Of a stretch of DNA of 64,000 nucleotides, positions 1 to 9,196 are shown one piece after another. Origin of the DNA: an uncultured Clostridia bacterium (GTDB taxonomy: Bacteria > Bacillota > Clostridia > TANB77 > CAG-508); NCBI GenBank assembly GCA_944387555.1, contig CALXFH010000002.1, positions 12,041 through 76,040 on the forward strand, written 5' to 3'. Every line of letters begins with the position of its first letter. The first letter of the stretch is position 1. The notes beneath the pieces were generated by a model. It ran no database searches. It saw only the letters and a list, made by a program, of their open reading frames with translations, and was not told where the DNA came from. The translations under genes and the position numbers were made by a program.

Positions 1-608
1 TGTCTAACTATATCTTCTGATAACTTTCCTTCTCTATATAATCTTTTTAAATAATGTTTAATTTCTCCTAATTTTCTTTCTTCTTCTGTTAAGTTTTCTC
101 CTCTTATTTGTATATCTGCTATATTTTTACCCGAATCAATCAAATATTTTAAAGCTTTTTCTCCTCTAGTAACTCTATCCCAAACCATGCCATGTTCTTT
201 TGCTTCTCTAATTATATCTTCTGATAATTCTCCTCTATTATATAATACTCTTAAATAATGTTTAGCTCTCCCTAGTTTTCCTTTTTCTCCTGTTAAACTT
301 TTTTCTGTCTGTCCTACTTCTCCTATGTCCACATTTGCTTCTATCAAAATCTGTAATGATTTTTTTCCTCTTACTCTCTCTTTCCAAGTCATTCCATGTT
401 CTTCTAAAAGTTCTATTTGCCTTGCAGTTAACTTTCCTTCTTTGTAAGCTACTTTCAAACTATGTTTTATACTCGCTAAGAATTTTTCTTCATCTGTTGC
501 TTTTTTTCTATTTTTTATTGAACTTATATCTCCATGATTTACTAATATTTGTATTTTTTCATCAATACTTAATCCTTTCTTTCTACCATTTTGTTTGTTA
601 TTTACCAT
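1..608 (-). CDS. tandem-repeat protein, N-terminal part (gene runs off the left edge); ~68-aa repeats resembling helicase-associated (HA) domain repeats
   Basis: ATG at 608-606 preceded by AGGAG. Own translation MVNNKQNGRKKGLSIDEK... with motif KLG..KHYL..Y..G.LSEDI..E..EHGM.W recurring every ~68 aa. Absent from the ORF track because it is open at the window edge. Confidence 0.55.
   Translation of the reverse strand, partial: MVNNKQNGRKKGLSIDEKIQILVNHGDISSIKNRKKATDEEKFLASIKHSLKVAYKEGKLTARQIELLEEHGMTWKERVRGKKSLQILIEANVDIGEVGQTEKSLTGEKGKLGRAKHYLRVLYNRGELSEDIIREAKEHGMVWDRVTRGEKALKYLIDSGKNIADIQIRGENLTEEERKLGEIKHYLKRLYREGKLSEDIVR
11..600 (-). repeat. ~204-nt tandem coding repeat, about 3 copies (third degenerate)
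   Basis: tatcttctgataa... at 11 recurs at 215 (period 204 nt). A degenerate copy starts near 419. Confidence 0.6.
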
Positions 609-674
609 ATAACACTCCTTTCTAGAAAAGAAAAATAGGAAAAAAGAGTTTTCTCCTTTTCCCCATTTCTTTTC

Positions 675-2024
675 TTATACCCCATAAGCTGAGAATAAGA
701 AGTTACCCATATAAACTTGTACACAAGGTACTAATACAACTAATACGAAGAAGATTAATACTACACCTACAATTGCATAAACAACTTGTGGTAAAGTCTT
801 CATAATCTTATTCATAATATTGTCTATATCTATTTGCATGTATTCTACTAGTTTTTCCATCATTTCTGCTAAGTCTGTCTGCATACCAATTTTAAGCATT
901 TCTGTAATCATTGGTTTTGCTAAACCAGATTGCTCAAAAGGTTCTATCCATGATTCACCAATTAATATATTATTAATAGATGTTTCAATTATTGATAACA
1001 TTACTAAATTTTTAACAACATTTTTACTAACTTCTATAGACTCTTGGATTCTCATACCATTTTGTAAGTTAAGTAGCATTGCTTTTAAAAATCTTGAAAA
1101 GTCTAATGCAAATATCAACTCACCAAATATTGGCATTTTATATTTAAAGTAATGGAAATTATATTTTCCTTTCGGAGTACGAACATAGAAAACTATTGCT
1201 GCAACAATAGCCAGTACAATAAGCGTTGGTATATACCAATATTGTATAGCCTTATTAACAAAGTCTGAAAACCATAATGTTATTGCTGGCAATGTTTCTT
1301 CAGTTCCAACCGCATCAAATACATTTTGAATTGCAGGAATTGCAAATAAAGTTCCTACAACAAGCATTACAATTAATAAAACAAATTGTACAATATTTGG
1401 TATTAATATAGATCTTAATTTTCTATTCAATCCTTCACTATCGTCTAAATATTTTACAGCTTGCTCTAAAGAGTTCGTAAGTGAACCAGATAATTCCCCA
1501 ACTTTTATCATATTAATATATATATATGGAAATACATTAGAATAATATTCCATTGTAGTATACATATATTCTCCTGCTTCTACACCTGCTAGTATATCTT
1601 CCAAAACACCTCTAAGAGATATATTTTCGGTACTTTCTATTATTGTATTTAATGCATGTATATTATTAAAGTTAGCCTTTTTTAATAGATAAAAGTTTTG
1701 TGTAAATACAACTAAATCTCTTGGTGTAATTTTTTCTGTTCTGGCAAAATAAAGATTTATTCTTTCTTTTGTAGACAATGTTTTTTTCTTATTTCCTACA
1801 AGTTGCGTTGTATTTACGTTCTTCATAATTTCTTGAATATCTGTTATATTCTTTTTTTGTCTCTTTGGAGCATTTTTAGATCTATATGCCATCTGTTGAA
1901 TAGATATTGGAAGCAAATTATTGCTCTTTAAAGATTTTATAAGGTTCTGTCTACTTGGTGCTTCTACTCTATTCCTTACAATTACTCCTGTTCTTGTCAT
2001 TGCCTTATACATATATGTTGGCAT
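675..2024 (-). CDS. pilC: type IV pilus platform protein PilC (GspF family)
   Basis: 449-aa polytopic membrane protein with duplicated GspF-type organisation, last gene of the pilus operon after pilB/pilT. Confidence 0.85.
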   Translation of the reverse strand: MPTYMYKAMTRTGVIVRNRVEAPSRQNLIKSLKSNNLLPISIQQMAYRSKNAPKRQKKNITDIQEIMKNVNTTQLVGNKKKTLSTKERINLYFARTEKITPRDLVVFTQNFYLLKKANFNNIHALNTIIESTENISLRGVLEDILAGVEAGEYMYTTMEYYSNVFPYIYINMIKVGELSGSLTNSLEQAVKYLDDSEGLNRKLRSILIPNIVQFVLLIVMLVVGTLFAIPAIQNVFDAVGTEETLPAITLWFSDFVNKAIQYWYIPTLIVLAIVAAIVFYVRTPKGKYNFHYFKYKMPIFGELIFALDFSRFLKAMLLNLQNGMRIQESIEVSKNVVKNLVMLSIIETSINNILIGESWIEPFEQSGLAKPMITEMLKIGMQTDLAEMMEKLVEYMQIDIDNIMNKIMKTLPQVVYAIVGVVLIFFVLVVLVPCVQVYMGNFLFSAYGV

Positions 2025-2044
2025 GAGCGTTCTCCTCCTTTAGA

Positions 2045-3143
2045 TTATTTTCCTTTCTTAATTTTTAATTGCATAATTGTTCTATTTAATGTTTCTATAT
2101 TCTTTTCTTCTATTTGTGCTTTTGCTTGCTCTAAAGTTATTCTATCATCAACAAATAGTTCTGCTAAAGAATTTATTAAACCTATACTTCCTTTTTCTAG
2201 ATTACTTTGTATTGCATCTTCTATTTCTGATACACTTAATTTTTCTTTACGAATAATTCCTGCAACAATGTTATCTACTACCATTACTTCTGGAACTAAT
2301 ACTAATTTTCCATCTGTTCCTTTTAATAATCTTTGAGATACGACAAGTTTTAATAATGCTGATAATAAATATTTTATACTTGCTTGGTCTCTTACTTCAT
2401 AGAAGTTTATCATTCTATCTATTGTTTCAGCACAAGATTTTGTATGAAGTGTTCCTATTACTAAGTGTCCTGATTCTGCCATTTCTATTGCTGCTTCCAT
2501 TGTTACTTTATCACGAATCTCTCCGGATTACTAGGATGTCACAGTCCTCTCTTAATGAGTTCTTAACACCATCACTAAATGTTAATATATCTCTTCCCTT
2601 TCCTACTTCTTTTTGTACTATTAAAGATTTTTTAGAATGATGTTTGTATTCTACTGGGTTTTCTAGTGTTAGTATTTTTTTATTTTGATTTTCATTAATA
2701 TAATTTATTAAAGCATTTAATGTTGTTGTTTTACCAGAGTTTGTTTTACCAGTAACTAAGATTAATCCTTGTGGTTGGTAAGTCATTCTTCTTACTATAT
2801 CTGGAACACCTAAAGACTCATAACTTGGTAATTCGTTTTTTATTAATCTTAGAGTGGCTATTGGTACTTCATCTGATAAAGATATATTAACTCTTAAACG
2901 TATATCTTTATATACATATGACATATCTAGTTTTCTTGTTGTATTGAATACTTCATCTTTATCAACATTTCCTTTTACTAAGTAATCATATATTTCAAAC
3001 ATATCTTCTGGTGTTAATATTTTGCTTTTATCAACAGGTATTAAGTCTCTTGCAATTCTTAACATTGGTTTATTACCTGGTATTAAATGAACATCAGAAG
3101 CATCAAGACGAATTGCATCATCTAATATTTTATCTAAATTCAT
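2045..3143 (-). CDS. pilT: twitching-motility ATPase PilT, split by an in-frame CGG (2525-2523) that needs a +1 shift
   Basis: Walker [11 protein letters not shown]. The two ORFs 2511-3143 and 2045-2500 join as [33 protein letters not shown] if the C of CGG is skipped. Confidence 0.85.
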
Positions 3144-3165
3144 AATACTTTATCCTCCTTTGTAA

Positions 3166-4801
3166 CTAAATAAATAATAATTTCTTATTTAATTCTTCAA
3201 TAGTTGTGTTTCCTTCTATTACTTTTCTTATTCCATCAACTATTAATGGTTTATATCCTTGTTTTACTGCTTCTTTTCTTATTTCAATACTTGATTTTCC
3301 GTTCATTATTTCATTTTTTATTTCATCTGTTATATTTAGTATTTCAAATATTCCGAAGTCTATCAAAATATCCTGTATTGTTACAATGTTTACATCCTAT
3401 TGCATCATAAGTCACACCAGATGTATCAAATTCTACTCCGTATTTTTTACCGATATTTTCTATTATCCTCTTTTCTTCTACTGTAAATTTTCTTGCTTTC
3501 TTACAATCAGGACATAATCTTCTTACTAATCTTTGTGAAATAACAGTTGCTAAAGTACTTGATATATCATAATCTGAAAGTCCCATTTTTCTAAGTCTTG
3601 TTATTACTTCTAAACTATCTATTGTGTGTATTGTAGATAAAACGTAATGACCTGTTTGACCAGCTTGTATTGCTATTTCTCCTGTTTCTTTATCACGTAT
3701 TTCACCTACTAAGATAATATCAGGATCTTGTCTTAACACTGTTCTTAATGATTCAGCAAAAGTTACTCTTGGGTCTATTTCTATTTGGTTTAATCCTTCT
3801 ATACGTATTTCAACCGGGTCCTCAATTGTTGTTATATTTATTTCTGGTTTATTTAAATAATCTATTATACTATATAAAGTTGTTGTTTTTCCTTCTCCTG
3901 TTGGAGCTGCCATTAATGTTATACTATTTTTCTTATTTATACTTTTTGCTAATTCTTTTTGTGTTGCAGGAAGTCCTAAATCAAATATATTTCTTATGTT
4001 TATATCTTTCTTTAATAATCTTAAAACAAATTTTTCTCCATATACATTTGGTTGTGAAGATACACGAATATTATAATCATCATACATTAAGATTCTTCCA
4101 TCTTGTGATTCTTGTTTTTCTTGATGCATATTTGATATCGCTTTTAATCTTCCTATTATTTGGCTTTGTTTTCCTTTGTCTATATTTGCTGCTGTAAATA
4201 ATTCACCATCTATTCTATATCTTACTCTTACTTTATTTTGCATAGGCTCAATATGAATATCACTTGCTCTTCTTTCCATTCCTGTTTTTATTATACTATC
4301 TACTAATGTTGTTATGGAATCTCCTCTTCCTGCAGTATTTAAATTATTTGTTGCTGTTCCTTCATATGATTTTAATATTCTATCTATTTCAGGCTCAAAT
4401 GTAATATAATTTTCCATTACTAAGCCTTTATTTAGCATAAGTAAACGTACTGTTTCCATTGCTCTTGTGTTTACTGTATTTGCAAAACATACTTTTATTT
4501 TCCCTGAATCAACCTCAAAAGGAATAGCTTTATTTCTCTTAGCAACATCTAATGATATATAATCTGTAAGTCTTACTTTTATTGTTCTATTAGTTAACAA
4601 AATTCCTTTTGTTCCTAAAATTTCTCCCATAGCTTCAATTAATTTATGTGGGTCACATACATCTAAAATGTATAAAATATCTCCTATTTTTCTTTCTGGA
4701 TGTTGTTTTTGATAATCTAAAGCTCTTTCAATATCTCCTTCTGTTACAATTCCCCTTTTTACTAATTCAACACCTATAGGTTGTCTTCTTTTCATTTCCA
4801 T
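3166..4801 (-). CDS. pilB: type IV pilus assembly ATPase PilB (GspE family), split by an in-frame CGG (3355-3353) that needs a +1 shift
   Basis: Walker A APTGEGKTTT and a CPDC...CKHC tetracysteine motif. Skipping the C gives TGYFDRL-G-IFEILNITDEI, which matches GY.GR.GIFE. Confidence 0.85.
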
Positions 4802-4850
4802 AAGCTTTCTTTCCTTTCTTTAGTATTTGAATTTAAATTTATAATTAACA

Positions 4851-5270
4851 TCATTTCAATGTATATTTTGTCGTCCTATCTTGTCCTCCTGCTACAAAAT
4901 GCACTGTTACCACTGTTTTTCCATTTTCTATTCCTTGTGAGAAAGTACATGAATCTATATCCCAGCATATCTTTACTTTATTTCTATATATACCTTTGTT
5001 TTCAGCTATAAACGAATATTGAACATTATTATCAAACACTATATAATCGTCTTTACATTCTAATATTTTTATTCCTGGATGATTTACTTCTTCTGAGAAA
5101 TAGCTATTAAATGCTGTGTATTCTGCTATTGGGTCATTATAAAAGTCTGCATCTTTAAGACTCTTCATAAATACTCCTGTAACTACTGCAATAATTCCCA
5201 CTACAGCTATCATAACAATGACATATATAGTTAATGAAATTAATGTTATACCTTTTTGTGATTTCATCAT
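4851..5270 (-). CDS. minor pilin / pseudopilin (prepilin-type N-terminal domain)
   Basis: N-terminus MMKSQKG-ITLISLTIYVIVMIAVVG, i.e. a class III signal peptide plus hydrophobic helix. Confidence 0.6.
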   Translation of the reverse strand: MMKSQKGITLISLTIYVIVMIAVVGIIAVVTGVFMKSLKDADFYNDPIAEYTAFNSYFSEEVNHPGIKILECKDDYIVFDNNVQYSFIAENKGIYRNKVKICWDIDSCTFSQGIENGKTVVTVHFVAGGQDRTTKYTLK

Positions 5271-5692
5271 TAGCTCTCCTTTGTAAGTATTGTTGATATT
5301 TCAACTGATTGTTCTTCTCCTTGAAACATATAAGATATTTTTACTGTTACTTTTTTAACAACATCTGAAATTTTATCTTCATTTCCTTCTAAATCTGTAT
5401 AATCCAATACTGTAATTGTTCTATAAAATCCTTCTGTTCCACTTACCTCTTCATTTTCTGTACCTACTATACTATTATCATGTAAGCCTATATAGCTTTC
5501 AATTCCATTATTTTTTACTTGTTCTATTTCATTTATAGCAATATATGTTGCATCACTTCTTAAAGATATTTTTTTTGATGTACTATTTACTTGATATATC
5601 AGCATTGCTATTATTGATACAAATATAAATATTATAACAACAGATATTGAAATATCTATACCAGTAAATCCTTTCTCACTACGTATTTTCAT
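5270..5692 (-). CDS. minor pilin / pseudopilin (prepilin-type N-terminal domain)
   Basis: N-terminus MKIRSEKG-FTGIDISISVVIIFIFV. Start overlaps the stop of the downstream gene (translational coupling). Confidence 0.55.
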   Translation of the reverse strand: MKIRSEKGFTGIDISISVVIIFIFVSIIAMLIYQVNSTSKKISLRSDATYIAINEIEQVKNNGIESYIGLHDNSIVGTENEEVSGTEGFYRTITVLDYTDLEGNEDKISDVVKKVTVKISYMFQGEEQSVEISTILTKES

Positions 5693-5706
5693 GCTTTTCT
5701 CCTTTA

Positions 5707-6522
5707 TTAAAGAATATAATAATTATAAATTAGTATTAATACAAATATTACAAGATTTGTTACTCCTAAATAAAATCCTATACCAATTTCACTTGATATT
5801 TGTTTATCTGTTTTCATATTTTTGTTTAATTTATTTTTTAATTTATATAAAAGTATATAAATTGCCATTGCCAAAAGTGTAAATATTATTGCACTTGCTG
5901 TTACAAATTCACCAGTAAATACACACATTGTAACTAGCATTAATAATATTCCATCTGTATAAGTACTTTTTGCAAATCTTTTTAATGTTATTGTATCAAA
6001 TAGTAAAATTAGTATGTATAAAATTAGATATATACCATATCTATATATACTAGCTCCTTCTACTATGCATAGATATGACATATACATAATTGATATTGCT
6101 ACTCCATAGATATTTACATATTTATCAATTTTCCTATTTTCTTTGTCTATTCCACATATTAATATTACATATGTTAAATATAAGGCCACAAAACAATATT
6201 CAGAAACTTTCATAAATGATAAGTTTTCTAAATTTAGCCCCATAAAATATGCAATCGCCAGAAATAAACATCCTGATAATACTTCTAATATTAAATATCT
6301 TGGTCTTATCTTCTCACCACAATATCTACATTTTCCTCTTAAGAATATATAACTAAATATTGGAAACAAGTCTAATAAACCTAATTTATGATTACAATTA
6401 GGACAATAAGAATGTGTATGAGTTATATCTTGTCTTTTTGGTATTCTATATACTGCAAGTGTATAGAAACTTCCAAACAAACTTCCTATTATAAATATTA
6501 TGATATAAAAAAATGTTTCCAT
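5707..6522 (-). CDS. pilD: prepilin peptidase (A24 family) PilD
   Basis: CPNC...CRYC zinc-finger-like N-terminal motifs followed by a polytopic membrane domain, located in the pilus locus. Confidence 0.8.
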   Translation of the reverse strand: METFFYIIIFIIGSLFGSFYTLAVYRIPKRQDITHTHSYCPNCNHKLGLLDLFPIFSYIFLRGKCRYCGEKIRPRYLILEVLSGCLFLAIAYFMGLNLENLSFMKVSEYCFVALYLTYVILICGIDKENRKIDKYVNIYGVAISIMYMSYLCIVEGASIYRYGIYLILYILILLFDTITLKRFAKSTYTDGILLMLVTMCVFTGEFVTASAIIFTLLAMAIYILLYKLKNKLNKNMKTDKQISSEIGIGFYLGVTNLVIFVLILIYNYYIL

Positions 6523-6545
6523 ATGTCTCCCTTTTATTAATCAAG

Positions 6546-6575
6546 CCATACACACATAGTGTGCGTATGGCTATA
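6546..6575 (-). other. stem-loop between last pilin gene and pilD (possible partial terminator or RNA stabiliser)
   Basis: Minus strand agccatacgcacac-tatg-tgtgtatggct. No clear T-run follows. Confidence 0.4.
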
Positions 6576-6596
6576 TATTTTACTTTAATTTCTTTA

Positions 6597-6977
6597 TTAT
6601 TCTGTTACTTCAACAGTAAATACTTTTCCTGATTGTTTTAATTTTACTGTATAATCTCCAACAGTAAATCCTGTTCCAGTCTCAGCTGTTGCATCTGGAT
6701 CATTATCAGAATTATATTGAGTAAAAACTTCATGTGTTGTCAAATTGCTTGTATCAGTTGGATTAGCTTCTAGTTTTGCAGCATAAGCTGCTGACACTGC
6801 TAATTGTACTTTTTCTTCAACCTCTGCTAATGATGTTTCATTATCTGCATTTTTAGCTTGTGTTAATATTCCATTTTGTCCTGTTAACATTGCAATTGAA
6901 ACACCTGCTAATATTAATAATACGATAATTGTTATAACTAAAGCAATTAAAGTAATACCTTTATTATTTTTTAACAT
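6597..6977 (-). CDS. pilA: type IV pilin paralog 3
   Basis: MLKNNKG-ITLIALVITIIVLLILAGVSIAMLTG prepilin leader and helix, with a divergent C-terminal domain. Confidence 0.75.
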   Translation of the reverse strand: MLKNNKGITLIALVITIIVLLILAGVSIAMLTGQNGILTQAKNADNETSLAEVEEKVQLAVSAAYAAKLEANPTDTSNLTTHEVFTQYNSDNDPDATAETGTGFTVGDYTVKLKQSGKVFTVEVTE

Positions 6978-6998
6978 TATAAATTCCTCCTAAAAAAA

Positions 6999-7475
6999 TT
7001 ATTCAGCTGCTTTTATTGGTATAAGTGTCCACTCAGATGTTGATGTTGTATCTGGCTCACTTCCAGTAGTCGTTGTTACATATTTTACTTCTCCTACTGC
7101 TGGATTAAAGTCACCTGAATTTTCAGTTCCTTCTGCATCTTTAACAGTTATTGTTACAGATCCCATTGTATCATCTTCTGTTTGATCAACAGCTACATCT
7201 ATTGTATATCCATCAACTGTTCCAATATTTGTTTTTATTGTAGTATCACTATCAAAGGGATCTCCTGCTAAAGCATTTCCATATTGTGCTTGTAATTCCA
7301 TGTTGACTCTTTCTACAACTTCTGCTTTAGATGTTTCAGTTCCTGCATTTTGTGCTTGAGTTAATATACCATTATTCCCTGTTAGCATTGCAATTGAAAC
7401 ACCTGCTAATATTAATAATACGATAATTGTTATAACTAAAGCAATTAAAGTAATACCTTTATTATTCTTTAACAT
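6999..7475 (-). CDS. pilA: type IV pilin paralog 2
   Basis: N-terminal 33 aa identical to paralog 3, with a divergent T/S/D-rich C-terminal domain. Confidence 0.75.
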   Translation of the reverse strand: MLKNNKGITLIALVITIIVLLILAGVSIAMLTGNNGILTQAQNAGTETSKAEVVERVNMELQAQYGNALAGDPFDSDTTIKTNIGTVDGYTIDVAVDQTEDDTMGSVTITVKDAEGTENSGDFNPAVGEVKYVTTTTGSEPDTTSTSEWTLIPIKAAE

Positions 7476-7495
7476 TATAAATTCCTCCTATTACA

Positions 7496-7885
7496 TTATT
7501 CTGCTAAATCTATTTCGGAATCTTTACCAGCAGATGTCACTATCCCATAAATACTACTATATTCTCCTGCTCCTTCTATTCTAAGTATTGATGTTGTTGC
7601 TGCTGTTGCTGTTGCTTTTCCATTTAAATTAGCATTAATTTGAGTTAATTCTTTTGAAAAATCAAGTACTGTATCTGAACTTAATGCTTCTGCATAAGCT
7701 GCTTGTAATTCCATATTAATTCTTTCAACTACTTCTGCTCTTTCAGTGTCATTTACGGCATTTTGTGATTGACTTAATATACCATTATTTCCTGTTAACA
7801 TTGCAATTGATACACCTGCAAGGATTAATAGAACGATGATAGTTATAACTAAAGCAATAAGAGTTATACCTTTGTTATTCTTCAT
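7496..7885 (-). CDS. pilA: type IV pilin paralog 1
   Basis: MKNNKG-ITLIALVITIIVLLILAGVSIAMLTG. First of three tandem pilins. Confidence 0.75.
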   Translation of the reverse strand: MKNNKGITLIALVITIIVLLILAGVSIAMLTGNNGILSQSQNAVNDTERAEVVERINMELQAAYAEALSSDTVLDFSKELTQINANLNGKATATAATTSILRIEGAGEYSSIYGIVTSAGKDSEIDLAE

Positions 7886-7972
7886 TTGTTTTTCCCCCCT
7901 TTTCTTTAGAATTATTTTATATTTGTATTATATCTTATATAGATATAACGTTAAAAACTTAATTACAATTTA

Positions 7973-8443
7973 TTATTTAGTACCTGTGTTTTGGAAGAAA
8001 TGTCCTCCACTTGATGAGCTATCATCAGTTGTTGAACCTGAGCTTCCACTAGTACTTGTATTTGTGTTTGTACCTGTACTTCCTGTTGCTGAACTATTGC
8101 TGCTAGTTGAACCTCCTGTTGATGATCCATTTTCAGTTGGATTTTCTGCCGTAGTTTCATAAGGTGAAAATGGATTTGCTTTTCCAGGTACATAATCTTG
8201 TACTCTTCTATAATTGTTTAAATCATCTGAATTAACTTCATATGTCATAATAATTTGGCTATCATCTACATCACTACTTGTAAGCAATTCTTGTTTTACA
8301 TTTTCTGGTGTAGTATAAGATACCTCATTTGGTATCGTCTTTGTTATAGGAACATATTCATAAAACAAAATTCCTAAAACCAATATGATAGCTAAACATA
8401 GCAATAATACAATAATTAATTCTTTTATAATTGATTTTGCCAT
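7973..8443 (-). CDS. membrane-anchored pilus-locus protein with a Ser/Thr/Gly-rich C-terminal tail (function unknown)
   Basis: Single N-terminal TM helix, position between the pilO-like gene and the pilins, tail ...GSSTGGSTSSNSSATGSTGTNTNTSTSGSSGSTTDDSSSSGG. Confidence 0.45.
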   Translation of the reverse strand: MAKSIIKELIIVLLLCLAIILVLGILFYEYVPITKTIPNEVSYTTPENVKQELLTSSDVDDSQIIMTYEVNSDDLNNYRRVQDYVPGKANPFSPYETTAENPTENGSSTGGSTSSNSSATGSTGTNTNTSTSGSSGSTTDDSSSSGGHFFQNTGTK

Positions 8444-8464
8444 ATTTTTCTTCCTTTCTATTTA

Positions 8465-9196
8465 CTATTGTGCAACATTGACTGTGTTATCTGTTCTGTT
8501 AGTATTTGATGTGTTAGTTGTATTGTTAGTATTTGTTGCATTAGTATTGTTTGCGTCATTAGTACCATTAGTATTATTAGTGTTATTAGTATCTGTATTT
8601 GTTGGTGTAGTTGCTGTAACTTCTGCTATAGCAATATCTTTACATACAAATGTTGCTTGTAAACTATCACCTGATGGAACCATTTTAAATTCCTCTATTT
8701 TAAATCCTAAAGTACTATCATTTTCAATAGCTGATATAAAATCTGTAATTGAAATATAACTTCCTGTTGCTGTAAATCTTAGATTGTAAGTATCTGCTGC
8801 TCCACTAGTGCTTGGTAATACATCCATTTGCATTACAACACCTTGACTAGTTGCATGATTTCCTAATCTTACCCATAATGTTTCGATTTCATATCTTTCT
8901 AATTGACTTGCTGCTGCAACATCACTATCTGAACTAACAGTTGTCATATCTTCATAATTCTTTTTTTCTTCCTCAAGTTTTTTTGCATTATTATCAACAT
9001 CACTTACAGCTTGTTTATAGGTTTTTTCAGCCAAACTTGTTGCCTGTTGGATTTTCCCATCAAGTTCAGTACTTTTTTCTTGAATGCCTCTAATTCCAAG
9101 TATTTCTATATTACCAATGTTTACGCCCTGTATAACTATAAAAATAGTTAATGCTAACAATAAAGCAATAAGGATTAAAATTAATAATTTTTTCAT
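8465..9196 (-). CDS. PilO-like pilus assembly protein with an Asn/Thr-rich tail
   Basis: N-terminal TM helix plus coiled coil, immediately downstream of and overlapping pilM/N. Tail TNTDTNNTNNTNGTNDANNTNATNTNNTTNTSNTN. Confidence 0.5.
   Translation of the reverse strand: MKKLLILILIALLLALTIFIVIQGVNIGNIEILGIRGIQEKSTELDGKIQQATSLAEKTYKQAVSDVDNNAKKLEEEKKNYEDMTTVSSDSDVAAASQLERYEIETLWVRLGNHATSQGVVMQMDVLPSTSGAADTYNLRFTATGSYISITDFISAIENDSTLGFKIEEFKMVPSGDSLQATFVCKDIAIAEVTATTPTNTDTNNTNNTNGTNDANNTNATNTNNTTNTSNTNRTDNTVNVAQ

Noticed and set aside
335-625. Plus-strand ORF 335-625 and many similar Leu/Phe/Ile-rich ORFs antisense to real genes (e.g. 820-1152, 2356-2640, 3204-3517, 3748-4197, 15488-15938, 22096-22479, 24533-24742, 39911-40332, 41549-42031)
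   Set aside because: They are shadow ORFs typical of AT-rich DNA. They have low-complexity hydrophobic translations, no RBS, and complete overlap with well-supported genes on the other strand.
7836-8193. ORFs 7836-8162 (+) and 7963-8193 (-) overlapping the 7973-8443 gene
   Set aside because: They arise from the low-complexity S/T/G-coding repeat region. The frame with an N-terminal TM helix and an RBS (7973-8443) is the credible one.
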